Assembly (NCBI RefSeq): GCF_006345805.1
Contig: NC_043006.1
Location: 9,238,001-9,302,000, forward strand
Direction: 5' to 3'
Length of the DNA stretch: 64,000 nucleotides
Source of the DNA: Octopus sinensis
Lineage: Eukaryota
In this document: piece after piece, positions 41,600 to 54,742 of the stretch
How positions within the stretch are numbered: the stretch's first letter is position 1
Layout of the letters: the number at the start of each line of letters is the position of its first letter
Position numbers and translations under genes: made by a program
Notes under the pieces: model-generated
Seen by the model: the letters and a program-made list of their open reading frames with translations, nothing else
Told to the model about the DNA's origin: nothing
The model's database searches: none

Positions 41600-42160
41600 T
41601 ATATACGAACAAAACGCCCCCCGTCGAATGGAGAGGGGCGGAGTTGTCAAGCATTTAAACCAAATTTTCTCAAAGCGACTTGTCCGACCGTCCCATAGGC
41701 CTCCCCTTTGAGAAACACTGATTTAATCTAAATTTGAGACTCTAGTAAAAGAAGAAATAAAAATAGACTTTTTTCTATTCCAAAGAAAAACGATTTTATT
41801 CACAAAAATATGCAACCGAAGATTTTAAAGTACCAATAATGATAAGGCTGTTGACTGGGAGAACACGAACACGGTTTAAATAGTAAGCTTGTCAGGAAAG
41901 AAAGGTGAATTTAGGCATTACAAAAACCACAAAAAATGGAAGGTGCAGTTATGTACAGATTGACGGAAGAAAGGCAGGACAAAAGCGGCTTTATCGATCG
42001 CATTCTCACCTGAAATCGATTCTTGTATTTTTTTCAATTTTTATACACGCCCTAATACCGTCGGTATCTACATATCAAATTTGAGCGCAATCGGATGCAA
42101 GATGCCCGAGATCCTACAAGACATACAGACTGACAAACAGAACGGATTTTATATAATAGA
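41600..42160 (-). mobile_element. Non-autonomous Helitron-like element (5' end clear, 3' end uncertain)
   Basis: A|TCTATTATATAAAA start at 42160 followed by TGTCAGTCTG; CGCCCC/GGGGCG hairpin near 41615-41640. Confidence 0.45.
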
Positions 42161-42225
42161 TATATACATACACACACACATATACATATACTTACATATA
42201 CATACATACATACATATATGCATAC

Positions 42226-42269
<44 letters not shown>

Positions 42270-42333
42270 ATGAAGAAAGGTAAGATAATTATCCACTTAT
42301 CCAGGGTATACGGCACAGTTAATTAGCGTTCTA

Positions 42334-42750
42334 ATAGAGAACCATGAATATAAAACGAAGAAAGAGAGGGCAAATTTCAAAGGGTTCCTAATCACTCAAT
42401 ATACTTCACAGCTTCAGGATACTTCACAGTATAAATAGGTGCACTCATATATATATGATATAATATAAAAATATATAGATAATTAAATATATAAGTACAT
42501 ACAAATCATAAATGTACTTGCATGAGATCTTATGATGCTGTATGTCCGTATTAGAAATCAATGGGGATATTGAAAGATGCACATAGTGAATGTAAAGCAG
42601 AAATCGAAATAGATAAAATAGTGGCATAAGATTATTTTAAAGAAGAATCTTCTGACCACCATGTCGAGAATATGCAGGTTGAGATGGACGAACTATTTCC
42701 AATAATAACGGTCATCCACATTTACACATATTTACAAACACACACAAACA
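42334..42750 (+). repeat. Left arm of an approximately 420-bp inverted repeat
   Basis: Reverse complement of 46130-46555, about 90% identical by eye. Confidence 0.92.
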
Positions 42751-42843
42751 CACACACATACACACACACACACAGATATATGAATACATATATATATGCA
42801 TGCATGTATACATTCATAGATTCACACACACATACATACACAC

Positions 42844-42884
<41 letters not shown>

Positions 42885-42947
42885 TATTATATATATAATA
42901 TATATATATATATATTATATATATATATTATATATATATATATATAT

Positions 42948-43020
<73 letters not shown>

Positions 43021-43021
43021 G

Positions 43022-43057
<36 letters not shown>

Positions 43058-43320
43058 ATATATATATGCCTGTATGCCTGCATAAATCGCATAACATCTT
43101 CGGCTATATCGGTTAATTGTGGAAGTGAATTTTCTCTAGGCAATTGTAATAGACGATAACATTACGCCTATTAACAGGCTCGAAATACTAAAGTGAACTT
43201 GGAATACGTATAAACAGTTAACTTGGTACATTCTCAGTGGTATCTAGCATGAACAATTATGAATTGTTATATGTATGCATATATACATATGTGTGTATGT
43301 AATATATATATATATATAAT

Positions 43321-43351
<31 letters not shown>

Positions 43352-43526
43352 GCATATGTGTGTGTGGTTGTATGTTTAAAGAATGATGAAGGGAGATCGG
43401 TGAACTTTATCACTAAGATATATGAGCGGACTAGTATAATATTGTGGGCCATAGCTCCGGGCGGGGAATAATTTTCGGCCACTTATACATCCACTATATA
43501 ATGAGTGCTTATTTTACATACTGATA

Positions 43527-43588
<62 letters not shown>

Positions 43589-44010
43589 GAAAGAGAGAGA
43601 GGGGGGAGAGATATAGTTTATAAGATGTAATGGTGTCAGTAAGACCCAAAGGTGTCAGGTAATGCTAAGTAAGTGCTATGGATAGACCATAGTTAAACTC
43701 CAGGTTCGGAGATTATGCGAATAAGGAGTCCAACGTAGGTTATACATCAGCGTATGTATATATAAATAAAAAAAAACAATTTGAGAATGAAATAAATGCA
43801 ATACCCCTGCATGTCTCATATCTATTTTCATTCATCCATTTCACTCTCTATTTCGTATCTTATCTAAATTAACTATCGCTTAACCATCTTCTCCCACCGT
43901 CCCCGATAAAGTGATATGATAAATATCATGGAAACAGGTGGTAGACCTTCTATTTATAGATGTTCTGAAATCTTCACAGTCTTGGTTTTTTATCTAATTC
44001 TTAAAAAATA

Positions 44011-44075
<65 letters not shown>

Positions 44076-44384
44076 GGTTTGGAGATAATTTAGAGGTATT
44101 ATATATTATAAGAAATAAGTTATACATAAAACTGGATGGTTTTATAGTTACAGGTATTTATTAATATGTCACATATTTTTATAAATCATATATTTGCGCT
44201 TGCATCCACTCAAGTGGATTCTTCAGATTTAACTTTTTCCTGAGATTTCTTTCTTTTTATAATATTATGGAGTGTGTAGGTGTGGAGAGGGATATAGTAT
44301 AGTAAAAGAAGGTGAGGAATGGGGAGAGATTGAGAGAATGCTTGTGTGTGTGTGTGTGTAATTGTGTGTGTGTGTGTGTGCGTG

Positions 44385-45060
44385 CGTGTGTGTCTTTGTA
44401 TCTGAAAGGTGTGTCAATGGAAAAGAGAAGGAAAGGAAGAAGGAAGAGAGAAAGTAGAAACAATTGCGTTTACTTATATACAGCTGGTCAGTTCTTTCAA
44501 TAGAAAGTGATTCTAGGTTTTTAGAAATGGCAAAACCTGGTGGTTACTCCAAGGGGGTAAATGTTATTTTTCAAAAAAAATGTCTGGATTTCTTTTTATC
44601 ATTGTCTTGTGTGTGTGAGAGAGAAAGAGAGAGAGTGTGTGTGTGTGTGTGTCTATGTGTGTGTGTGTATGTGTGCATGTGTATGTGGGTGCCTGTGTAA
44701 CTGAAAGGAGTGTCAATGGAAAAGAGAAGAATAGAAAGAAGGAAGAGAGAAAGAAAAAATATGCTTACATCTTTGCAGCTGCCCAGTTCTTTAAATAGAA
44801 AGTGATTCATGTCCTTTAAAAATGGTAAAAGCAGGTGGCTACTCCAAGGGGTCTCTTGTTTTTCAAAAAAATGTGTGTGGATTTCTTTTTGTCATTGTCC
44901 AGTGAGAGAGAGTGTGTTTGTTTTTTTTTTTTTTTGTGTGCCTATGTGTGCGTGTGTGTGTTGTGGGTGTCTGTGTATCTGAAAGACGTGTCAATAGAAA
45001 AGAGAAGGAAAGAAAGAAGGAAGAGGAGTAGGAGAAAAATTGTGTTGACATCTATACCAC
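44385..45060. repeat. Diverged ~300-bp tandem repeat, about 2.3 copies
   Basis: CTGAAAG..GTGTCAAT.GAAAAGAGAAG at about 44402, 44701 and 44980; GGT..CTACTCCAAGGGG twice. Confidence 0.85.
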
Positions 45061-45199
45061 TGTTTAATTCCCGTGCTGGTATGGGTTGGAGAATCTGGAT
45101 GTATGATTATTTCTATTTATGCATATGTACTTATATATAGTACTGTGCGCGCGCGCGTGTGTGTGTGTCTGACTATCTGTCTGTCAGTGTGTTTAATGA

Positions 45200-46112
45200 A
45201 ATTTACTTTACAAAATTGCTCCTTCATCCAGTACAAATCATTACAGAAATACTCGGGGAAAACTTTGCTATGAAGTATTTTTCCATATTTTTCCCGAAGA
45301 AGGTGTAATTCCATGGGCAATTTAGAAGGGAAAGATCTTAAATTTCCCTTCTCCACATGTATCCAACTACTTACTCAGTGGAATCTTTCGCAGTCCCTCC
45401 TGTCCAACATATTGTCGGTGAATTCTGGCTCTTTGGTATAAACAATTTCCAGCTTCGCCTATATAATTGTCCTTGCATGTGGGGCATGTTAGACAGTATA
45501 TTACGTTCTGCGTTTGAAATTCATGTCTGCATTTACTTTGAATATGTGACCACTCTTAAATTTTATTTGGTTGTTTCCCTCTATATATTTCTAGATGGGG
45601 TTACTGCAGATCCCACACCTACCATCTCCGCACTCTTTTACAAAGAATTCTGTTTCAGTCTCTGATGAGAATTTCGCTCTTGTTAGTTGTTTCCTCAGAT
45701 TTTTGTCTTGGCGTTTACTGTATTTTATGCAATATTTGTTTAATAGGTTTCCTATTTGGGGGCTTTGTAGGACCATTGGTAAGTTTGAATGCATGATTTG
45801 AAACATATTGGTAACTCCATGGTTGTGTGTGTTTATGAAATAGATGATGTTTTATTTGTTTTTCGTTTTTGGAGTTCTGAGATGTGTGATGTCCAGATTC
45901 ATTGTTCTTGAGATTCCGTTCTTTATCAATTTGAGTGAGTAGGAAGTTTGTAATTTCATTTAGTCTTATTTGGCGAGTTTGTGAGTGAGTCACTATGCTG
46001 CATATGCGTCTTGCCATTCTCTATGAAATGTTCCTTTTTATGTGGGATGGGTGGCAGGAGTAGAAATCTAAATATTGGTGTGTGCCGGTTTTTTTAGTAG
46101 TAGGTCTCTGTT
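45200..46112 (-). mobile_element. Penelope-like element 3' relic (RT thumb + GIY-YIG)
   Basis: GTHQYLDFYSCHPSHIKRNI, MARRICSIV, NVIYCLTCPTCKDNYIGEAGNCLYQRARIHRQ. Confidence 0.88.
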
Positions 46113-46125
46113 CTGACTATGGAGT

Positions 46126-46129
<4 letters not shown>

Positions 46130-46156
<27 letters not shown>

Positions 46157-46555
46157 AAATATGTGTAAATGTGGATAACCGTTATGATTGGAAATAGTTC
46201 GTCCATCTCAACCTGTATATTCTCGAAATGGTGGTCAGAAGATTCTTCTTAAAATAATCTCATACCACTATTTTATCTATTTCGATTTCTGCTTTACATT
46301 CACCATGTGCATCTTTTAATATCCCCATTGATTTCTAATACGGATATACAGCATCATAAGATCTCATGCAAGTACACTTATAATATGTATGTACTTATAT
46401 ATTTAATTATCTATATATTTTTATATTATATCATATATATATGTGTGCACCTATGTATACTGTGAAGTATCCTGAAGCTGTGAAGTATATTGAGTGATTA
46501 AGAACACTTTGAAATTTGTCCTGTCTTTCTTCGTTTTATATTCATGGTTCTCTAT
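46130..46555 (-). repeat. Right arm of the approximately 420-bp inverted repeat
   Basis: Reverse complement of 42334-42750. Confidence 0.92.
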
Positions 46556-47851
46556 ATATAGTGAGAATGAAGACTATACAATTTTTTTTAATTTAAGAAA
46601 TCATTAACGCACCACCTCACCAGACTTGCCTCACTAATAATGTCCTGCACAGCACTGCACTATTTTCTCCCTCAGTCGGTATCAATAGATTCAACCCTGT
46701 AATATCGTAAGTTACATTGATGGCGTGACAAAACGAACAGCTTTTGATTTGTATTTTTCGACCAATACAATTGGTGTTTAACACTACACAATCTAGTAAA
46801 GCTGAAAAGAAGAATTACTATGGATTCACTGAATGAAACACCATTAACATTGTGACACTCCTAACGTTGAAGTGTCCATAGTAATTAACTCTGATTTGAA
46901 CAATATGTAAGTGTTCGCGCGCTCGTGAATGTGTTATATGTTATCTTTATTACCACAAGAATGTTAACTCTGAATTTGAACAATGGGCATTCAATACGAC
47001 TTCCTTACAGTTCTAGCAATATACCATCTGGGATTACTACTTATTATATCGTTCCTTGAAGAATAAAGAGCAAACCTGTTCTCGGCAGGAACTTAACTCA
47101 ATAAGTGGGATAAAAATACTGAGAAGATTTTGCGCGACGCTCTTATGAGTACCAATTCGCTTCCGTGCAGATTCTATGATATTTTCGTCTTGTTTCCTAT
47201 CATGTGGCACTTATGCTCTCATATATGATAGACACGAATTTCCTGCTTTCGTACTCTTTATAATTTATGTACCTCGCATGCACAACACTAACTAATAATC
47301 TTTCGGTTTCCTCATAAAATGCTAACCTACAGGAAATTCTTTAAAGTATTTCCCAGCAACAGTCGAGCTGTAAATGATCTGGTGGAGCTGTAACTGCTAT
47401 GCTCTCAGAAGTATTGCATTTTCTGCAAAGGACTTCGTTGGTAATAACAAATATAAAGAAATATATATTTGAAATCAAAATTACGTATAATTTATTAACA
47501 CTGAATAAAATTGAATTAAAAGTATGTGATTTTGTATAACTTTCTGGTTGTTTACGTAAATGTTTTGCATTAATATATAAATACTATTGGGTAAACAGCA
47601 ATATTGTTATGAAATGTATTCTCTAGAGACATATTACGTACAATCCAAAATCTAAAGTTGAAATATTAATTTTCTTGCAGTAACTAGGTTATACAATTTA
47701 CATGTGACTGTTGGACATGCGGCCAACATTCTTACAGCATAATCTCAATAAATATTGGTTTGAAATTTTATCATAAACCAGCATGTTCGTGGGGGGGGGA
47801 GGGTCCAAGACGTTTAGCCCCCACCCCCACTGCCCATCTTGTACTTATTGA

Positions 47852-48230
47852 CTCTTACTCTTTTACTTGTTTCAGTCATTTGACTGCGGCCATGCTGGAG
47901 CACCGCCTTTAATCGAGCAACTAGACCCCGGGACTTATTATTTGTGAGCCCAGTACTTATTCTATCGGTCTCTTTTGCGGAACCGCTAAGTAACAGGGAC
48001 ATAAACACACTAGCATCGGTTGTCAAGCAATGCTACGGGGACAAACACAGACACACAAACATACACGCATATATATATATATACATATATACGACGGGCT
48101 TCTTTCAGTTTCAGTCCACCAAATCCACTCAAAAGGCTTTGGTCGGCCCGAGGCTATAGTAGAAGACACTTTCCCAAGATGCCACGCAGTGAGACTGAAC
48201 GCGGAACCATGTGGTTGGTAAGCAAGCTAC
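47852..48230 (-). mobile_element. SINE family A, near full length, split by an insertion (head continues at 50630-50669)
   Basis: The sequence resumes exactly after the duplicated GGTAAGCAAGCTAC. Confidence 0.92.
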
Positions 48231-48559
48231 TTTATTTCATAAATTTGTCATATAGACAGTACAAAGAGCTTTGCGGGCTGGACAAACACATTAATGAATG
48301 AAAATGAATTATAATGAATAGATGAGAGACGAAACCCAACACCCGCCGATTGGATTTTTCTCGATAACATATTTTCTTTTTTTTTATTTTTAAAAATCAA
48401 TATAAGGTTTCAAACCTTTTACAAGGAGGAGGCACTAAAACCTCTTACTTGCCATATTTTCTTTTTTCTTTCTTAAAACACAAAATTGAGGTTATAAACC
48501 ACTACAAAATAGTCCAATAAGGTGAGGTTTCAAACTCTGTAACGAGGGTCTTTCACCGC

Positions 48560-49814
48560 CTACTCTTCGATATATTCATCGATATATTCATCATTATATT
48601 CAATGCCGCTTGAGTTCCTGTATCCCGCCATTTCCCATGCTTCACTCATGTAGGACATGTAAGTCGTGTAAGGGCCACCCGGCCATATGCGACACTCCTC
48701 CCCAAATCCTTTAAGCCTTTCCCACAAGAGAAACGTTATGACCTCCACAGCTATCTGCGGAGGCCATTCGGGATCCCGCATGAAGGGATCCTGTTGCTTT
48801 ATGTTCTTCTACTATTTTCCACCTCCCCGCCCATGTAGAAAAAGATAATCAATTGATCACCTTTAAGGGTGGGGGTGGTTTCTTCCACCGTGGGTGGCAC
48901 AACTTCGGGGCATTCAGTCGACACATCATCTCCCTGCTGAGATACACCTGTTCTTCTTCTTTCTTTTTTTCTTTTCTTCCTGGCTTCGGGAGAGTGGAGC
49001 TCTTCCGCTTTGTCCGGAGACTCTCCCCCGCCTCCCGAAGCCTTAGGTTCCTTCAGCGGGCAACAATTGTTGCCCGCCTTCTTCCTTTTTAATCCTTTTT
49101 GAGTTGAGGAGGCTGAAGCCTTCTCGACCACATTCACCTCTCCCTTTGACCGGGTAGGGAAGGTGGCATCTGGTGACTGTTCCATGACCTTACCATGGTC
49201 CTGGGAGCAGTTCCTTTTAATGTGGCCTGGCTGCAGGAACGAGAGACACTTTGGGGGACGTCCCTCTAGTATCACTGGATACCTGCAGCCAGCCATTTTC
49301 AAAAAATCTGGAAAGAACAGTTCTGTTGCAGCCGATGGTGTTCACAGGGTCAAAATCGCTTTTGACCCTTCCCAATCGACCGCCGGCAATACCCTTACAT
49401 TAAAGAGCCTGGGCCCGCCATCCCCCAGTCACGTTCAATCCAATCCGCTTCGGTGCCCGGGGAAGCCCACATACCCAGGCTAGTATTAATTTTCTTCCAC
49501 AATATGAGGGGGACAAACAAAATTTCCTTGCCTTCTAAAGGCTTACTCGCAAACTGGCGAGCCTTTTCCCCGTTGTCAAACAGCAACCATACGGTTGCAT
49601 GTTTGACACCACGGGATATATATTTTACAGAGGACAAATGTTCTTTAAGTTCATTTTTTATGATTTGCTTTGGGAAGACGGTGATGGAATTAAGAACTTT
49701 AGAATACGTTCTAAGTACCATCGTCTTCTCCTCCATATCTTTTAACCACTGCTTAGAAGGGTTAATTTCCCACTCTAAGACAGAGGTTTTCTTTTTAAGT
49801 TCCTTCTCTGCCAT
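48560..49814 (-). pseudogene. Frameshifted gag-like ORF1p (RRM-like N-terminal region, degenerate CCHC knuckle, Lys/Arg-rich region)
   Basis: MAEKELKKK from 49814; VILEGRPPKCLSFLQPGHIKRNC = C-x2-(C>F)-x4-H-x4-C; ORF pieces 49395-50057, 48799-49302 and 48560-48781. Confidence 0.7.
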
Positions 49815-50274
49815 GTCAAAAAACAGTTCAAAAGACAGTCTGCCAAAAAAATTATGTCGAATAAAAATGAAACAAAATAAAAGAGGAGGGGAGGAAACTG
49901 AAATTAAAGTAATGAAAAGAATGAACCAAAATTTAAAAGAAGGAAAAATAGGAGAAGGGAAAAGTAAAAGAAAAGCCTCACAAATAGCACAGACAGGGAA
50001 TCCTTTGTATAATACTCCAAAAAGGTAATCCAAAAGGTAATCCAACGGGTAATCCAAACGGGTAATCCAAATGACTTATTCTTATTTTTCTGGCGAGATA
50101 CGCCCACTAGAATTCACAAGAAGAATTCTCAAGTAAAAATTCTCAATTCACCGTTACGATGATGAGAACCCAGTATTTTGCCCGTTATAGCGAGCCATGA
50201 TTGAACATTTTTCTCTGTTCTTTTTTTCTGTTCACGGAGCCGAAACTCACATCTGCTCACTGTAACAGTCCGGA

Positions 50275-50597
50275 GTGAGGGCGCGTGGCTTAGTGGTTAG
50301 GGCATTCGGCTCATGATCGTAAGGTTGTGAGTTCGATTCCCGGCGACGCGTTGTGTCCTTGAGCAAGACACTTTATTTCACGTTGCTCCAGTCCACTCAG
50401 CTGGCAAAAATGAGTTGTACTTGTATTTCAAAGGGTCAGCCTTGTCACTCTCTGTGTCACGCTGATTATCCCCGAGAACTACGTTAAGGGTACACGTGTC
50501 TGTGGAATGCTCAGCCATTTGCACGTTAATTTCACGATCAAGCTGTTCCGTTGATCGTATCAGCTGGGACCCTCGTCGTCGTAACCGGCGGAGTCTT
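50275..50597 (+). mobile_element. tRNA-derived SINE (family D), young, 12-bp TSD
   Basis: TSD TAACAGTCCGGA at 50263-50274 and 50598-50609; A box TGGCTTAGTGG, B box GAGTTCGATTCC. Confidence 0.92.
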
Positions 50598-51304
50598 TAA
50601 CAGTCCGGACCAACTAGTGTTGCATTCTCGGTAAGCAAGCTACTTACCACACAGCCGCTCCTGCGCCTATCGTCACGAAAGTTATGAAAGACGAAGTCAA
50701 CCTCAGAACACAAACACACATATGTATGTATGGATGTGTGTACATATTCTTAATATTTTCACTTCTCATCCAATATCAACATATGCTATGTTCAAAGTGT
50801 AATCCACATGTATTTTTATACTTGTATACACACATATATCCATCTGTTCATGCACACAGTTACACTATTACACTCACTCTCACATTTACCCCTACCACAG
50901 ACACACGCTCACATACATATATATTTGTTTATATGTGCACACCTATACACTTCTTCAAAACATTACAGCTTCTGAAACAGAAAAAAAATTAATGCAATAT
51001 AATATAAATAAAGTATGCATTCATATATCTATTTATATACACTCTCATAAACACCTCTTATATACTTTCCTATTGTTTATACAAACACAAACAAGCAGAT
51101 AATATATAATAAATTTAGATAAAATATTTACACATACGAGTAAAATAATATCAAAATATATACATTTCTTAAATATATTCTAGCTAAATTTATTATATTG
51201 TTTTATACTTTAGAAATGAGGAAATATAAATAATGAAAACCTATTATTTTTTATATTAATATTAATATATGCTGTGTCCAAAATCTAACCTAGTTGTATG
51301 TGTG

Positions 51305-52120
51305 TTATTATTCAGTGTATTTCAAGATTTCGTGCCAATAGAAAAAGGTTCGGTTTCTAACCTAGATCCAAGGCTCCTTCATTAGAATTTCAACATCATC
51401 AACAGGGTATTTTTGTTTTTATGTGTATGTATGCGTGTATATATGTATGTGCACATTTGTATGTTTTATGTATGTATTCTCATGCATGTAGTTGCATATC
51501 TAGACATGCTCGTATATATTTAGATGATAAACTTCTTGAAACTTTAACATATTTTTATAGTTCCGGTGATGGATTGGATCTGTAGTCTTCGAATTAGCTT
51601 TCTCCTTTCAAGATTTGAGACACCTAATTTTTCAAGATTAGTATTTAGGCAGTGTGTATATATATACCAGGGCCCTAATAATTACAGGTATAAACCTGAA
51701 CTTGTAATCTGGATAGAGTCATGCAGATTACTCAGTAGTTCAGCTTAGGTGTTCGCTTTTTCGCCGATCTTCAGCTTCATGTTAGCATCCGCTGGGCCGC
51801 TAAGTTCTACAACTGTGCACAGTTTCTCTTCTCTATCTCAAATCATATCTGGTCTGTTGTGCTTACATTTTATTAAGGTCTTCACTGGGACAGTCCACCA
51901 GTATTCTTTTTTTATTATGAGTAGCCATGGCTTCTACCATATTGTAGATTCTTACTTCTTTGACCTCGTGATTATCCTTCCAACGGATTTCATCATAGAG
52001 TATCCTAGCTACAACATTATGTCTCATCGGCAGATAAAACCGTGATAACATTTTCGAACAACTGCTTATGAAGTGAGTGATATCTTCAGTGCGAACTTCA
52101 CAAAGTCTGCATCCGTTGTA
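51305..52120 (-). mobile_element. Second R4/Dong-like RLE LINE 3' fragment
   Basis: CRLCEVRTEDITHFISSC (CCHC), RHNVVAR, then KCKHNRPDMIWDREEKLCTVVELSGPADAN (PD..E/D RLE motif); ends ACTGAATAATAA like the copy at 12050. Confidence 0.85.
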
Positions 52121-54502
52121 TGTATTGTATGTATGTCTGTGTATTTGTGTGTGTTTGTGGTTGTGTGTGTGTATGTGATAATGTAAAGACCTAAATAATT
52201 TGTTTTATTACAATGTATATAAAGTTACAGTTCCTCCATGTCTTCTGAGTAGCCATATTATCATACGCGTGGACGTGTGTGTGTGAAATACAAATCTACC
52301 ATAATATATAATACAAATGCACTGAAAGTGTCATTATTTTCATTTATACACTACATAGATGTAAATGCCTACATACACATATGTGTTGGAAAGTGAACAT
52401 ATTGTTATCACAAAATGAATGTATCTAATATATCAATAACATACCTCATTATCCTTCCTAAGTTAATAATACATTTAACTTTCTTCCAAAGAATGAATTA
52501 TATATCCAAATTGCAAGAAAACTTATAGCAATTCACTTCCTCCTATCCCTACATTGATCCCCATTTTGATTAGAAAATATAGCCTTATTCCCGGTAACCG
52601 AAATGGGTTTTTCCAGATTATATTTTCAAGGGACTGGTTGCAGATCCTGACCAGAGGAAAATATTTGCTTATTATTAAATCACATATATCAATATATAAA
52701 ATCGCAACAATTGAATAAGGTTTATGATATTTATAAAAGATTAGTATAATTTTTCTTGTTTTTTCGCATTAGTTACCTGGCTGAAAATTGTCCCTTCAAG
52801 TGGCATTTGGTGTATTTAAATTGAAATGCAAACACTGACATATTTTCTCTAAGAATGCAAAACCTTGATTTTCGTGATTCGGACGTGGAAACAATCATGT
52901 GTGACGAACTCGTATAATATTCTCTGAAAATTATATGCGTATAAACATGCATATATAGAAATATACAAAGAAAATATACCTCTATGAGTAAATGCAAATG
53001 CAATTACCTATACATATATATTCATATTCAATATATATATATATGCGTTTATAAACAGCAATGTATGAATAAATATATATATCGATAGAAGACAGATACA
53101 TAGATACAGACATTTACATACATGCCAACACTTCTATGTGTATGGTATGCCTGTATGCCTGTGAATACATATGCTATTATGTGTGTGTCCCAAATCACCT
53201 GTTTTATTGTTTTAGCATTTTAAGTCGTAAATTGCCTCCTATTACATCATTGTTTTTATATGCTGTCCATCATGATGTGTTTTTGTATCGAAAAAAGCTC
53301 GCATCATTTTCTTATAATATTTATCCAGATAGCTATTGCTGCAATCATATCTTGATAATCTCATTTCAGTCACTTATAACAACTCTATAAACAGCTACTG
53401 CCACTTGTATATGGAGATATGCCGTTTCATTCTCTGGAGAGTAAGATATTTCTAATATATGGCAGCTATCACACGAATGGGATTTCCTTATTTTTGCAAG
53501 ATAAGAATGCTAATGCCTCTGGCTTTCTATTTTGAAGTTATATCAATGCAGAAATTTTGGTTCAGAATGTAACGTGGGTATATACTCTAGAATGAATTCG
53601 AATGCTCTAGAATTTCCTCTGGAATGAGTTCTGTTCTGTCATTGTTTTAACTTTTTCGTGCTACTATAGCCCTCAATGATAGTCAATCCATGTTCTTTCC
53701 ATTTATCTACAATGAATATTAAGTTTTAAAATATTAAATGTGCTTATGACTTGATGTCTGATTTGAAAATAATTTATATTATTTTGTGGGCAAATTGTTT
53801 TATGACGTATTTTTGTCTATTTAGTTAGCTTTCTGAAACGGTATCATTTGGGGTCAACTACACGCATGTGTTCGCTGCTCATTGAGAATCATATCTAATC
53901 ACCTTTAAAAATTGTTATCTGAGTCCTGTAGAATATATTCAGAAATTTATTGCTGATTTACAAATATCTGTCCAAATGTGGGTTCTTGAAAAATCTAAGA
54001 AGGTTTAATTTGAGGTAGCATTAGTATCGCGGAAAACTTACTGCACAAGCAAAAAATTTGTTTGAAGAGTGTTTATACAAGATATATATAACAGTATAAT
54101 TAACATACATGCTAAGATAGCATGTGATGATTTTTTCTATAGTGGGGCATTTTTGCATGGACATTACCCTTACTCTCTGCATTTCATGACATTTTGGCCT
54201 AATAATTTAGAGATATTATACTGTTTTATGTATAACTAGCGGGACAATGAACACTTCATGGAATGAATGGCAATCCTACTGGGTTTATCTTAAAAACTTG
54301 AAAGCATAGCCTGAGTTTTCTATGTATGGAAAGATGGTTGCTCATCTGCAAATCGTTGAAGGGTGATAGAAATTGGAATACAAATATTACTTGACGCACA
54401 TTTTATATACACTTTATATACATTATGCACAATTGTGTAGGCTTAATATACAGTAATATTAAAATAAATATCACTATTATTTTTCCACTTTTCCCAGAAA
54501 CA

Positions 54503-54548
<46 letters not shown>

Positions 54549-54742
54549 CAGAGAGAGAGAGAGAGAGATTAAGGGCTTTAGTTCACTGGTGATCTAAACG
54601 AATAGGTACGCTGTGTAAGTGCTCTAGTTAGTCATCCATGAGGTTTCAAGTTCAGAGCTGAGGCTGGAGCTGTGGATCCGTAGTAGACTCCTTAATTAGC
54701 AGAACGATTATCTCAATTCATTTAGAATATTAATTACAGTAA

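Larger units (their letters stand above)
48231..50629 (-). mobile_element. ORF1-only (RT-less) Tx1/L1-like retroelement with a 14-bp TSD
   Basis: TSD GGTAAGCAAGCTAC at 48217-48230 and 50630-50643; 5' UTR, gag-like ORF1, about 330-bp 3' UTR ending AAATAAA; no ORF2 sequence. Confidence 0.8.

Noticed and set aside
41630-41645. Sp1 GC box GGGGCGGAGT as a promoter
   Set aside because: A single motif that is also part of a TE-like hairpin; no other promoter evidence
43380-43440. C/D box snoRNA (ATGATGA)
   Set aside because: No D box or terminal stem at a suitable distance
51345-51390. Hammerhead-like CTAATGA...AGCCT/AGGTT...AGAAAC in the RLE 3' UTR (minus strand)
   Set aside because: Core, G12 context and cleavage triplet are all off-consensus; could be chance
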